Positions 1 to 11,140 are shown, counted from the first letter of the whole stretch. The stretch is 63,255 nt of DNA, filler included, from Reclinomonas americana ATCC 50394 (GCA_048213135.1; 32 parts of 32 records of this genome joined end to end with filler, not necessarily neighbours in it), one strand, 5' to 3'. Made by a program: numbers and translations. Notes: a model not told the origin generated them from the sequence alone.

Positions 1-171
1 GCGCGAATCTGCCGGATCTGTGCGTGGCCGAGTTCACGTTGCATCCCGCGCACTGAGGTGGTGATGCTGAAGGAGGCGGCGAGGGCGAGTTTGTGTTTTT
101 GTACGTGATACAATGCTTTTGAAAATGACAATGCAATGAAAATCGAGTTCCGTGGTGTTTGCGTGTTTTTT

Positions 172-1605
172 TTACTTTGGTGGCGGCGCCGCCGCGGGTG
201 GTGCGGAGCCAGATGCCGGTGCTGCGCTGCTGCCGGCGGCACGAGACGCGTCGGGCACGAACGTCTTGTAGTACTCGGTGGTCAGCTCGTTCATCATGTC
301 GACCATGCACTCGGGCATTTCGCCGGTGATCACACCTGGAGGGGAGGGGGGAGGGAGGGAGAGGAGAGAGAGAAGGGGGATGGTGAGAGACACGTGGAAC
401 GAGAGCGTCTATGCTCACGTGTCGGAATGAGGTGGCACTGCACTGCTTCAGCTATTCCCAACTCTCCTCTCCACCAAGCACTGTTCTCGTGGTGCCCTTG
501 CGTCTTCTTCCAGGGAGCAGACATTGCTCTCTACCATCAAGAATTCAGACTCTGACACACGCCTCTCAAACCTTTATATCCGCTGTGCTCTTGCGTGTTC
601 AGCACATGCTGGCACAAACTCTCCATCGTGAGGGCTCACCACTGACACGTGTTTCCAACACGCCTCTCAAACAATATCCGCCATGCCTCCTATTCCACGT
701 GTTCCGCACAAACTCACATTCACAGCGACACAGAACGCAGACTCTTTTCTCTCAAGCAATCCTCTTGCGCCCCCTTCGAGACATTCCACTCAAACTCTCA
801 ATCGTGATGAGCTGCCACCCTACGCCCAGATCTTCTCAAGCAATCTCTGTTGTCGCCTCTTCCAGATGAGAAGTTTCGCACAAATTCTCAGTCGTGACGA
901 ACTCGGCCTCGGGCACCAAGCGAACTCTCCTATCGCTGCGTTCTTCCAGATGTTCCGCACAAACTCTCGGCCGTAAAGAACTCGGCACCTCTCCTCTCAA
1001 GCGAACTCTACTATCGCTATATCGCTGCGCAAACTCTCATCCCCAGCGCTCCCCCCTCCCTCGCTCTCTTCTCACTCTCACTCTCTCTCCCTCTCCCAGG
1101 CATCCATCGCAGACCCACCTGGGGAGCCACTGACACGCTGGTACGGCGGAATCACCGTGTCGGGTGCCAGCACCGTGCCATCCTCAATCAAACAGCCGTC
1201 CTTGATCATGCACCGCTTGCCCTGCACATGCACAGACAAAACACAAACAAACACACGTTGGCCACGCTTGCAGAAAGCCAGCGCAGCAAGAGTGCACACA
1301 CACACAACGATGATGCAGTCGCGCCCAATGTACACGTGCGACCCGATGCGGAAGCACTCCACGATCGAGTTGGCGCCAATGAAGACGTTGCTGCCGATCT
1401 TCAGCGGGAAGTAACTGATGCCTCTGTGTGACGACGACACAGTGTGTGAGAGAGTGAGAATGGGAGTGAAAGAGGTGCGCAGACGCAACTCGCGCCCAGT
1501 GCCCAGTGGAGGTCGCACAACGCAGTTCTCCTCAATGACGCAGTTCTTGCCCATGAGCAGGCGAGACAAGTCGCCGCGGAGGATGACGCCGCCCTTGACC
1601 ACACT
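172..1605 (-). CDS. DCTN5: Dynactin subunit p25 (left-handed beta-helix), 5'-partial, 4 visible exons
   Basis: Spliced exons (~1605-1494, ~1423-1309, 1221-1119, 335-172) give SVVKGGVILRGDL..MGKNCVIEENCVVRPP..ISYFPLKIGSNVFIG..IGSHVYIGRDCIIGKRCMIKDGC.IEDGTVLAPDTVIPPY..SGSPGVITGEMPEC..ELTTEYYKTF. This is colinear with the p25 family; TAA stop at 172-174. Confidence 0.9.
560..1045. repeat. Degenerate ~85-100 bp tandem repeat inside the long last intron (336-1118) of the p25 gene
   Basis: Two motifs alternate: (c)gcacaaactctc..cgtga (~612, 705, 790, 877, 956, 1028) and ctctcaa(a/g)c (~563, 663, 749, 833, 994). Confidence 0.6.
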
Positions 1606-1917
1606 CTGAGAGGTACAAGAGAGAGAGGGAGGGAGGAGACAGTGAGGGATGAGGGAAGAGAAAGAGAGAGATAGTAGCTGCATGTGCTGCGAGGAAGGCA
1701 AAGAAGAGAGCGTTTGAGACAGAGCGGCGGTGAGCGGAGAGTGAGACAGCACGAGAAAGAGAGCCACAAGAGCCGAGAGTGGCAGAGAGCACAGAGAGAG
1801 AGAGTAAGAGTGTGTGTGTGTGTGAGAGAGAGAGAGAAAGAGTGAGAGAGAGTAGGAGAGCACTGTGAGTGAGAGAGCGAGTGTACGCGTGTGTGTGAGA
1901 GAGAGAGAGAGAGAGGC

Positions 1918-2017
1918 NNNNNNNNNNNNNNNNNNNNNNNNNNNNNNNNNNNNNNNNNNNNTTAATTAATTAANNNNNNNNNNNNNNNNNNNNNNNNNNN
2001 NNNNNNNNNNNNNNNNN
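1918..2017. other. Artificial contig-joining linker N44-TTAATTAATTAA-N44 (first of 31; the last is at 61301-61400)
   Basis: The same 100-bp element, with stops in all six frames, recurs about every 2 kb, and genes are truncated at each one. Confidence 0.99.
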
Positions 2018-2428
2018 TCACTGATGCAGCAGCCGCACCACCACCAGCTGATGCAGCAGCAGTAGCAGCTGGTCTCTTACTGCCCGCCACTGGTGGAGGA
2101 GGCGGAGGCGGAGGCGGAGGCATTGGTGAGACAACTGGAGCAGGCGGAGGAAGAGGTGCAGCTGATGCAGTGGGAGGAGGAGCTGATGCGAAGGGATGTT
2201 CCCACACAGACTGGCCAGTGTTGACATTGAACCAGTAGACGCCTGTCAGTGAAGAGAGTGAGACACAAAGAAGAGAGTGAGACATGTCGTGTTCCCGCGC
2301 ATTTGCATTTTATGTGCGCGTGTGTCTCTTCTGTGTGTGTGTGAGAGAGTGTGTGAGGAGTAACGTTGTTGGGAGCGGCTGAACTGCTCGGTCCAGCCGC
2401 CGCCCAAGTCGCGCCCTCCCGCGCTCAT
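2018..2428 (-). CDS. Protein with an N-terminal WW domain followed by a Pro-rich tract, 3'-partial
   Basis: Exons 2428-2365 and 2242-2018 splice to MSAGGRDLGGGWTEQFSRSQQRVYWFNVNTGQSVWEHP, which fits the WW consensus W..YxxN..T..SxWExP. Confidence 0.8.
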
Positions 2429-2479
2429 GAAATGGTCACAATAACGTCGACGGGACAGGTGGAGGACACTCTCCTTCAG

Positions 2480-3140
2480 AAGCTGCTGAGTGCCGGGAAA
2501 GGTCAAGTAGTGGGCGATGCGTACACTGCTTTATGTGCCGCTCGTACGCTGAGGAGAATGAAGAGCTTTGCAATTCGAAATTCGAATTCGCGTTTGAAGT
2601 GTATCCGGAGGACAAGTTGCTTCGTTGCAGCAACGAATGCACAGCTGCTGGGTGACAGGAAAGGTCAAGTACTGGGCGATGCGTGCACCGTTTTCTGTGC
2701 CGCTCGTACGCTGAGGAGAACAGAGAGCTTTGCAATTCGAATTCGAATTCGCGATCGCGCTTGAAGTGGAGGACTAGTTGCTTGCAAAGCCCTCTCGCAT
2801 CTTCTGGCGATGATACACACCGAGCAGTTGTTGTATCGCGATACGTGCACTGTCTTATGTGCCGCTCGCGAGCTGAAGAAAACGAAGAGCTTTGCAATTC
2901 GAATTCGAGTTCGCCGTTGAAGTGGAGGACAAGTTGCTGTCTGAGTTTCTGGTGCTCACTCAAGATGGTGATCATCATGCAGCTGCTGCTGTTGGATTAG
3001 TAAAGTTGTTGTTTCGTTGCAGCAGTGCAAAGCTGCTGGGTGATGTGAAAGGTCAAGTACTGGGCGATACGTGCACTGCTTTATGTGCCGTTCGCGCGCG
3101 TGCTGAGGAGTACGAAGAGCATTGCCGAATTCGCGCTTGC
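2480..3140. repeat. Four-copy degenerate tandem repeat (core ~110 bp, period ~160-225 bp)
   Basis: Core gcgatRcgtRcacYg..ttatgtgccgctcg..gctgaggag..gaagagctttgcaattcgaattcg..ttgaagtggaggacaagttgct at ~2514, 2676, 2838 and 3065. Confidence 0.85.
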
Positions 3141-3511
3141 AGTTGCCCTTCTTTCGAGCAGCCTTTGCAGCACTGCTTTCCGTTGCGCCGAGGGTGCTGG
3201 TGAGTCCGCTGACTTCTCAGTACGTGCTTCCGCAAGATCCTCATAAATCCACGACCTCCGTTGAACTCGACAAGTGGTAGTTGAAGCACTGACTTGTTTG
3301 GTGTTGCGCATGACAGTTTTCGTGTGATTCACTTCTTTTTTTGTGACAGAGAACGCGGAGAGAGAGGGACGGAGGAGGAGAGGAAAGGAGGGGACGGGTT
3401 GTACGAGAGATAGAGGGGGGATATCGGAGCGCCCTATATGAATCAGCGTCAGTTCGTGTACACGCACGTGTGCGTGTATCTGTGTTGTTGTGGTGGTTGT
3501 CGTCATTGCCA

Positions 3512-3646
3512 TCACTCCCAGTCACCCTCCAGTGATCTCTCCGCCACTCGTCTCACTCTCCTTTGGTACTCCTTGATGTCGGACTCGTACATGTGGGCGG
3601 CTTCGGGGTTGGCGGGCGAGTGGGGATTTGGGTCGGTGAGGAGGGA
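3512..3646 (-). CDS. Ubiquitin-conjugating enzyme E2 (RAD6/UBC2-like), last exon
   Basis: After a polypyrimidine tract and cag acceptor: [44 protein letters not shown]. Not in the ORF track. Confidence 0.85.
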   Translation of the reverse strand, partial: SLLTDPNPHSPANPEAAHMYESDIKEYQRRVRRVAERSLEGDWE

Positions 3647-3857
3647 CTGCGGGGGATAGTGAGACGAGGATGAAAGGGAAGGGAAGAGAGGGGGAGAGAG
3701 GAAAGGGAGAGAAAGGGAGGAGAGGGAGGGAATGAGAAAAGGGAAGGAGAAAGGGGGGAGGGAGATAGTCAGAGAGAAAGATGGGAGGAACGGGAGAAGG
3801 GGGAACGGGAAAGGGAGGGATAGGAAAAGACAATGGCGGCGATAAGGGAGAGGGAGA

Positions 3858-3859
<2 letters not shown>

Positions 3860-3929
<70 letters not shown>
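3860..3929. repeat. (GT)n-(GA)n compound microsatellite at contig end
   Basis: Directly visible; many contigs end in such tracts. Confidence 0.95.
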
Positions 3930-4029
3930 NNNNNNNNNNNNNNNNNNNNNNNNNNNNNNNNNNNNNNNNNNNNTTAATTAATTAANNNNNNNNNNNNNNN
4001 NNNNNNNNNNNNNNNNNNNNNNNNNNNNN

Positions 4030-5938
4030 TTCGAAAGACAGCCGTCTCGAAGCAGAGTGGACAGCAGGCCAGGGCAGTTGTGGAGAGCTTGCATTGCCAG
4101 CGTGATGAATGGTTGATGGAGTGTCTGCCTGCTGCGCTGCATCGTCGGCAACTTTGACGATTCCTGACACGCGAATTCCAGAACACGGAGCATGAGAATA
4201 TGGCAGCCAATATACAACCCACACTGAGTGCAGGGCAGCCACACCTCAGAAATGCCACGCTCATCCACCACAACCAGGGGTCTCTCAATGGCGTTCGCCA
4301 GAGCAGCGCCACGCAGTTCACTCTTCTGCATAATGCCACACATACATTAGCGTTGATATTTACTCAGTCGAGTGAGATGGACGCTGCTCACCTCGATAAA
4401 GTCGCTCATGCTCTGGAGCACTCCCTCAACTGACCTGGGCGTCCCGTCGCGTACGTGTTGGACGACACTGCCAAAATTCTTGCCGAGTGAACTCACGACT
4501 GCCGCCGAAAGACAGCCTGCTTTCGATGAAGGGATACCACACTCCTTGCTTGCCAAGTCAAAAAGAATGTGCTGATGATGCCGGACGGTGGATGGCAGCA
4601 CAATCGGAGCCATGACGCCGAACGCCATCACCAGTACCTTCCTCTTATTCCAGCACTGCTCTCCCATGAATCAGATGAGTGGTGCGGTGAACACCCAATC
4701 AGCAAGATGACTACCGAAGAAAGACATGACTGCAATCAAACGCAACAAGCAGCCTTGCCAACGTCAGCTGTTCGTCCTTGCTAATTGTCGCAGGACCGCT
4801 CTCTCGTCGCTGTGAATGCGTTCCATAGGACGATGCCAGTATGCACCCACCCCATCATTCACGGTCACACCTTGCTCCTGTGATCTTCACCGACGTCGTC
4901 CTTCCCATCCTCCTCCCCGTCGACCCTCAAATCATCATCATCATCCTCCTCCTCCTTCCTCTCTTCTTTCTTCAGCACCTTGGCCTCCAGCAGAGCTGCA
5001 TTTCCTTCGTCAGTTCTGACATCTCGCACAATAGAACGAACCTGCTGTAATCAAACCTCTGTTGCTGCACCACTCGACTGCCCTTGCGATCTCCTCGTCG
5101 GAGAGACAGCCGTCTCGAATCAGCGACGCTTGCAAGCCAGAGCACTCACGCAGGGCCTGCGCGGCTTGGGCGATGAGAGGCAGGAGAAGGTCGTTGCCCT
5201 TCAGCTTCCTCTCCATCATCTTCCATGACTCCTGAAGCACGATCGACATCGTGAAAGACGCGGGTGAGTGGACACAAACCGGGAAATGTAGAAAGAGCAC
5301 ACAAAGGAAAGTTTGCACACCTCCGAATGGCCCCGTTCATCAACCACAATCAGTGGTCTCTCAATGGCATCTGCCAGGGCAGCGCCGCGGAGTTCACTCT
5401 TCTGCAAGAGATCACATGCACCGACGTTGGCTCACATTCCAGTCGCACCAGAGATGGAGAGCACAGACCGATGCTCACCTCGATGAAGCTGCTCATGCTC
5501 TGGAGCACTCCCTCAACTGATTTGGGCGTGTTGGTGCGTGACTTGTTGCCGACATGGCCAAGAGTCTTGCCGAACGAATCCATGGCTGCGGACGACGGGC
5601 TACCAGCGCGAGCTCCCGATGAAGGAATACCACACTCCCTGCAGGCGAGTTCAACGAGAACGCTCCGATGATGCCAGACTGTGTTTCGTTTCAGAATCGG
5701 TGCCATGAAACCGAATGCCGTCACCAGTAGCTTCTTATTGTTGCACTGCTGTTCGCACACATGCACGCACGCATCAAATGTCATTAAATGACAGGCAAGC
5801 ACATGGCAGAGTGCAACTAATCTGCCTTGCTGGGGTATTGCACACGCAACAAGCAGTCTGTCCAGCACGATTCGGTCGTCCATGCTCAAATCCGCATTGA
5901 ATGCATAGCGACCGCATTTGACGCGCTGCAAATACGCA
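4030..5938 (-). CDS. Multi-exon hypothetical protein with two tandem copies of an unrecognised ~200-aa module
   Basis: The motifs AFGxMAPI..TVxHH, KSVEGVLQSMSxFIE, KSELRGAALAxAIERPLxVVDERG and LxRDGCLS each occur twice, separated by an acidic exon. A third copy lies at 37989-38970. Confidence 0.75.
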
Positions 5939-6039
5939 NNNNNNNNNNNNNNNNNNNNNNNNNNNNNNNNNNNNNNNNNNNNTTAATTAATTAANNNNNN
6001 NNNNNNNNNNNNNNNNNNNNNNNNNNNNNNNNNNNNNNA

Positions 6040-7942
6040 GAGGAGGAGGAGGAGGAGGAGGAGGATGGCGTGGAAGCAAAGCACGTGCCTGCACCAGGCT
6101 CGTACGTTCCACCACACCTGCGCAAATCGACCTCAACGACGACGACCACGACGACGACGTCGGCTGCTGCGACACTCCCTGACGAGGATCGCGTGAAACT
6201 GGAGCGGAGGCTGAACGGACTGTTGAATCGTCTGGCAGAGGCCAATGCGGAGGGCATTGTGAGCGAGCTGGTGCAGGTGTACGGGCAGAACAGCCGAAAC
6301 GGTTCCGTATGCCTTGCATTCCGCACGCTGCGTCGTTGTGTTGCTGACATGCAAGGTTAACAAAACACAGCGGTGAACGAGTTGTATTTTGCGGCCATCA
6401 ACAGGCTGTGCCAGGGCGAGATGAAGGTGACCTCGATGTTCTTGTTGGTGCACGCCTCTGCGGTGGCTGCTCTGCACGCCACCGTCGGCTCGGAAGTCAG
6501 TGCGTACATTGCGGAACAGTGCGCGGTAAGGTTACAGGAGGTGCTGCAGCTGACGGGAGAGGAGGCGACACCGGTACGTACCGCCGCAACAAATCGTGAA
6601 GTTGTGCGTGGCGTTCACTGACGTTAATGCAGACGCAACGTGATATGGCTTCGAACCTGCTACTTGTCTTGTGTCACCTGTACGGCTTGGAGGTGTTGTC
6701 GGAGCAACTCGTGTTTGAGCTCGTGCGCGCCCTGTGCGACAAGCTGGATGAGTTTCGAGTGGATCTGCTGCTGCGCTTGCTCAACAGTTGTGCCTGCACC
6801 GCCTGTTTCCCCGATGTGCTCGTGCATTTTGCTGACTCCTCCTCTCTGTCTCTCTGCGTCAGCTTGTGGCTTCCAGCTGCGTACGGACAACCCGTCCTCA
6901 CTAAAGGACATGATCCTGTTTGTGCACGAACGGGCACGGGATATTGCGAAGCGGGACGACGACGGCGATGATGGCGAAGAGGGAGGCGGTCTGTCAAAGC
7001 GCGTGCGATTCATGCTCGAGACCATTGCCAACATCAAGAACAACAAGCGACGGGCCAGCGATCCAGTGCACGAGCTGCTGCAGCGGCTGCGCAAACGCCT
7101 GTCGGCGTGGTTGAAGAAACTAGGTGTGCACGATGTTTAAGAAACTATCATTTCTCTCTCTTTCATTTGACTTTCGCCGCGAATTGTAGGCGTGCCGACT
7201 CCGGGACCACTGCGAGTGTCATGGTCGGATTTGGTGTTGGCGGAGGAACGAGGTCGGTGGTGGCTGACCGGAACGGCATGGTCCGGTCACCGTGCCGAGG
7301 AAATGTCGGCCAGGCGGCAAGCTGCAGTGGGAGTGTCGGGCGGCTCGAGCGGCAAGAGTACGCACAAAACAGAAAAAATATGTTGGTGCCGCATTGTGGG
7401 CTCAATTTGCGTTGTCACAGGGGATCCGGACGACCTGGCGACACTGGCCAGCCAGCAGCGCATGAACACTGATCTGCGTCGCAAGGTGTTTTGCGTGATC
7501 ATGGGCTCGGAGGATTTTCTGGATGCCGTCGACAAGCTGAACCACCTCAATCTCAAGGACAAGCAACAGAGCGATGTGATGCGTGTGCTGGTGGATTGCT
7601 GCCTGCAGGAACGCTCCTTCAATCCGTACTACTCGCTGCTGGCCGCTCGCCTCTGCTCCGACAGCAAATCGCAGCGCTACAACCTCCAGTACACTATCTG
7701 GGATCAGTTCAAGGTCCTCGGCGAGACACCAGTGCGGCGCCTGCTCAACCTGGCGTCGTTCATGGTCGAACTGCTGCGCACGGGAGCGCTCACATTGGAG
7801 GTGCTGAAGGTGGTCGAGTTTGAGGAGCTGGTGACCGACGCCAAATCGCGCGCATTCTATCACATGCTGTTTGTGCGCCTGCTGCTGTCGCTGACTGCGG
7901 AGGAGCTCAGCGTCGTGTTTCGCAAGATCAACGAGGTGGAGA
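6040..7942 (+). CDS. NOM1: Nucleolar MIF4G/MA3 protein NOM1/Sgd1, internal fragment, multi-exon
   Basis: YVPPHLRK, LNGLLNRLAEAN, RVRFMLETI..IKNNK, GRWWLTG.AW, QRMNTDLRRKVFCVIMGSEDF.DA and DCCLQE..FNPYY are NOM1/Sgd1 family motifs; introns include 6302-6370 and 6787-6862. Confidence 0.9.
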
Positions 7943-8043
7943 NNNNNNNNNNNNNNNNNNNNNNNNNNNNNNNNNNNNNNNNNNNNTTAATTAATTAANN
8001 NNNNNNNNNNNNNNNNNNNNNNNNNNNNNNNNNNNNNNNNNNG

Positions 8044-9945
8044 ACGACCCTCATCGCTGGTGACTTGCAAATGTCGGGCAACCAGTTGACGAACATCGCT
8101 GGCACTGACGTGGATTTGAACGGTGACAATTTGACAACGAGCGGCACAGTCTTGGCCGGGGGCGTCACTTCGAGCGGCGACATCTTGGCCGGTGGCAACA
8201 TGTCTGCTACCAACGTTGCGGCGAGTACCGTCACAGCAGTTACGGTGACTGGCGACGCGCTGACGGCGGCCAGCTCGCTTGCTGCGGCAAACCTCCTGAT
8301 TACTGGCAACACGATTTCGAATCCGACTGGACCCGATGTCGACTTTGGCAACGAGAACCTGACGACACTGGGCGACATGTCGGCGGCTGGCACTGTTACT
8401 GGTGGCTCGATCAGCGCAGTGGGAGCAGTGCGCTCGCAGACTGTGACGGCGACTGGCGAAGTGACGGCACTGACGATGACAGCAACTGGCTTGATCAATG
8501 CCGGTGCAGTGACGGCAAGTGGTGCAGTTGACGCTGCTTCTGTGTCGGCGACGGGACTGATTCGTGGCGCCACACTGTCAGCAGACGGTGAAGTGGCGGC
8601 CAACAGTGCCAAGATTACGACGTCTGTGGAGGCGAACTCGATGCACGCACTGGCAGATATTCAGGCTGACGGCGCGGTGACGTCCAACACGGTGACGGCT
8701 ACCGGATCCGTGAACGCGGCGTCGATGACGAGCTCGGGTGTGATTCTTGGTGCCACGATTACGGCCAATGGTGCGCTGCAGGCGGGCTCGATTACGAGCA
8801 TCACCAGCGTGCATGCTGCGTCGGTGACGGCCAGCGGCAACGTGGTGGGCGGAACACTGTCGTCGATTGGCGAGATTCTTGGCGACTCGTTGCGTGTGAC
8901 GAATGGCATTGCCGGTGATACAGTGAATGCGAACTCGATTACTGCGACGGGTGCGGTGAGCGCAGCCGACATTACGGCAGCGGCGAACATCCAGACGAAT
9001 ACGATGCACGCTGACACATCGATCACTGTCGGCAACACACCGGGCCAAGGTCTGACGATTACCGACGGTATGATTACGGATGGGTCGGGCACGATTTCGT
9101 TCAACGACGATGTGTTGACGACGACTGGCACAATGACGGCTGGAGCCATTACGTCGACGGGCAATCTGATGAGTGCGACTGCGGACGTGACTGGTACGCT
9201 TGAGGCTGGCAACATTACGACACCTGGAATGGTGGAGGCAGCGACGGTGATTGCCAGCGGTGCGGTGGAGTCGGCGTCAGTGACGGCCAATGGAGCCGTG
9301 ATCGCAGCGTCGATGAGTGCCAGCGGACTGGTGATTGGTGCGACTGTGTCGTCAACCGGCGTCGTGGAGGGCTCGTCGGTGACGGCCAACGGCGAGGTTC
9401 AGGCGGCGCTTGTGACGAGCACTGGCAACATCAACGCTGCTGGGCGCGTGTCTGCAAACGACGTGACGGCGCTCGGACAGGTTTCTGGATCAACTGTGAG
9501 CGCGACTGGCGGTGTCTTTGCCGACACGGTGGTGGCGTCTGGTCTGATTGAGGGAGCGACATTGAGCAGCACTGGCGAGGTTCACTCGGCCAGCGTGAAT
9601 GCCAGCGGACTGATTCAGGGCGGCACGCTGTCGACGGCTGGTGCAGTGCAGGGTGGCAGCATTACGAGCGCCACGACATTGACGGTCGGCGGCAACGCGT
9701 CCGTCGGTGGCAATGCGACCATCGGAGGCAATGCGACTGTCGGTAACGACATCACTGCGGTCAACGTGACGGCATCGAACACGGTGTCAGCAAACGTTGT
9801 GCACGCCGACTCGATGGTTACTGTGGGCATGGGAACGCTGACGATCACTGACGGAACGATTACGGATACGAGCGGCACGGTGTCGTTCCTGCTCGATCAG
9901 GTCAACGCAGGCAGCCTGAACATTGAGGGTGTCACACGCATCGGC
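8044..9945 (+). CDS. Ala/Gly/Ser/Thr/Val-rich beta-repeat protein (11-residue periodicity; fibre- or adhesin-like), open at both ends
   Basis: Stop-free 634-codon frame across the whole contig; repeats such as ASVTAxGxVxG; recurring IT(D/N)xxGxISFxxxxLTTxG elements. Confidence 0.75.
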
Positions 9946-10774
9946 NNNNNNNNNNNNNNNNNNNNNNNNNNNNNNNNNNNNNNNNNNNNTTAATTAATTA
10001 ANNNNNNNNNNNNNNNNNNNNNNNNNNNNNNNNNNNNNNNNNNNNGTTCACGGATGGTGAGGGTGCAATGAGCACGGGTGAGCGGAGGTCGTCTGCGGGA
10101 AGAGAGAGAGGCAGGGAAAGGGAGTGAGACAGACAGCGAGAGAGAGCGAGACAAGTTTCTCTCCTTTCCCTCTCTCTTGTTCTTTGTCTCCTTCACTTCC
10201 AGTCTTCTCTCACACACACTTTCACTTTCCCTCTCTCTCTTCTCTCTCTTCTCTCTCTCTCTCTCTCACCTACTGACGACGAGTCGGAGAACGTGTCGTC
10301 TGCCGCGAGCAGCAAGCGTCGCTCTGTGTCGTCCTCTGCGAGCAAGGGAAGTTGTGAGGAGGAGGAAGCGGTGTGACGAAAGAGTGTGAGCGCATTCTCT
10401 CACCTCCGTGCATGAATGTCGCGCGCAGTCTGGTCGGACTTCTCACTCCGAGGACAATCCCGGCGCAGTCAAAACGTTTGCATGCAGACGACGAAGCTCC
10501 CGCGTTCGCGCGCTTTACTCATCCCACTGGAGAGACACTTGTTACTCGTGTGTGCCTCTGTCTCCGCCCTTGAGCTGATCATGAATGTGACAAAACATTG
10601 ATATCGATTACGTATACGATCGCGATGGTTGGTGCCACGCATCTCCGTGTTACCCGGCGTGCGTACGCGTAGCAGTGTCGTGTCCGCAATTCGTACGCGA
10701 AGAGAGAGAACGCGCCGACAAGAGAGAAACCCGGCAGATCCTGGCGATTTTTGACAACTTGCGTTTTTTTCTCG

Positions 10775-11113
10775 ATGGTGAAGCGCATTAAGATCGTGTT
10801 TGGCGCCGACGGTGTCGGCACTCTGGAATGCGTGGGAGGCAAGACAGTGAACTGTGGCGGTAAGGTCGGCATGAACTACCCGAAGGATCTCACAGTCACC
10901 ACCGCCGACAAGAAGGGCACGCATCACTCGCGAGAGTACGACGCCGAGATGCCCTATGCGATCCTCATCTGGGGCCAGCGTGGCGTCTACATTCATCAGT
11001 GGCCAGTGTTGGGTTACTCGTCGGGCTGCATCCATCTCGTCGGCGACGATGCGAAGAGCGTGTACGATTTCGTCACGGAAAACACGCGGATCACTTTTGA
11101 GTATCCGTGGTGA
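10775..11113 (+). CDS. Small intronless YkuD / L,D-transpeptidase-fold protein (112 aa)
   Basis: SREYDAEMPYAILIWGQRGVYIH-x7-SSGCIHL...DAKSVYDFV matches the YkuD catalytic His...SxGC motif and the following helix; ATG 10775, TGA 11111-11113. Confidence 0.75.
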   Translation: MVKRIKIVFGADGVGTLECVGGKTVNCGGKVGMNYPKDLTVTTADKKGTHHSREYDAEMPYAILIWGQRGVYIHQWPVLGYSSGCIHLVGDDAKSVYDFVTENTRITFEYPW

Positions 11114-11140
11114 ATGTAGAACAGCGAGGATTTGAAGGGG

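Noticed and set aside
1078..1863. Bacterial hexapeptide acetyltransferase or gamma-carbonic anhydrase
   Set aside because: The beta-helix sequence is colinear with dynactin p25, including its C-terminal exon, and the ORF reads through spliceosomal introns.
2571..2912. GAATTC/TTCGAA runs as heat-shock elements
   Set aside because: The period is 6 bp, not the 5-bp nGAAn inverted spacing that HSF requires.
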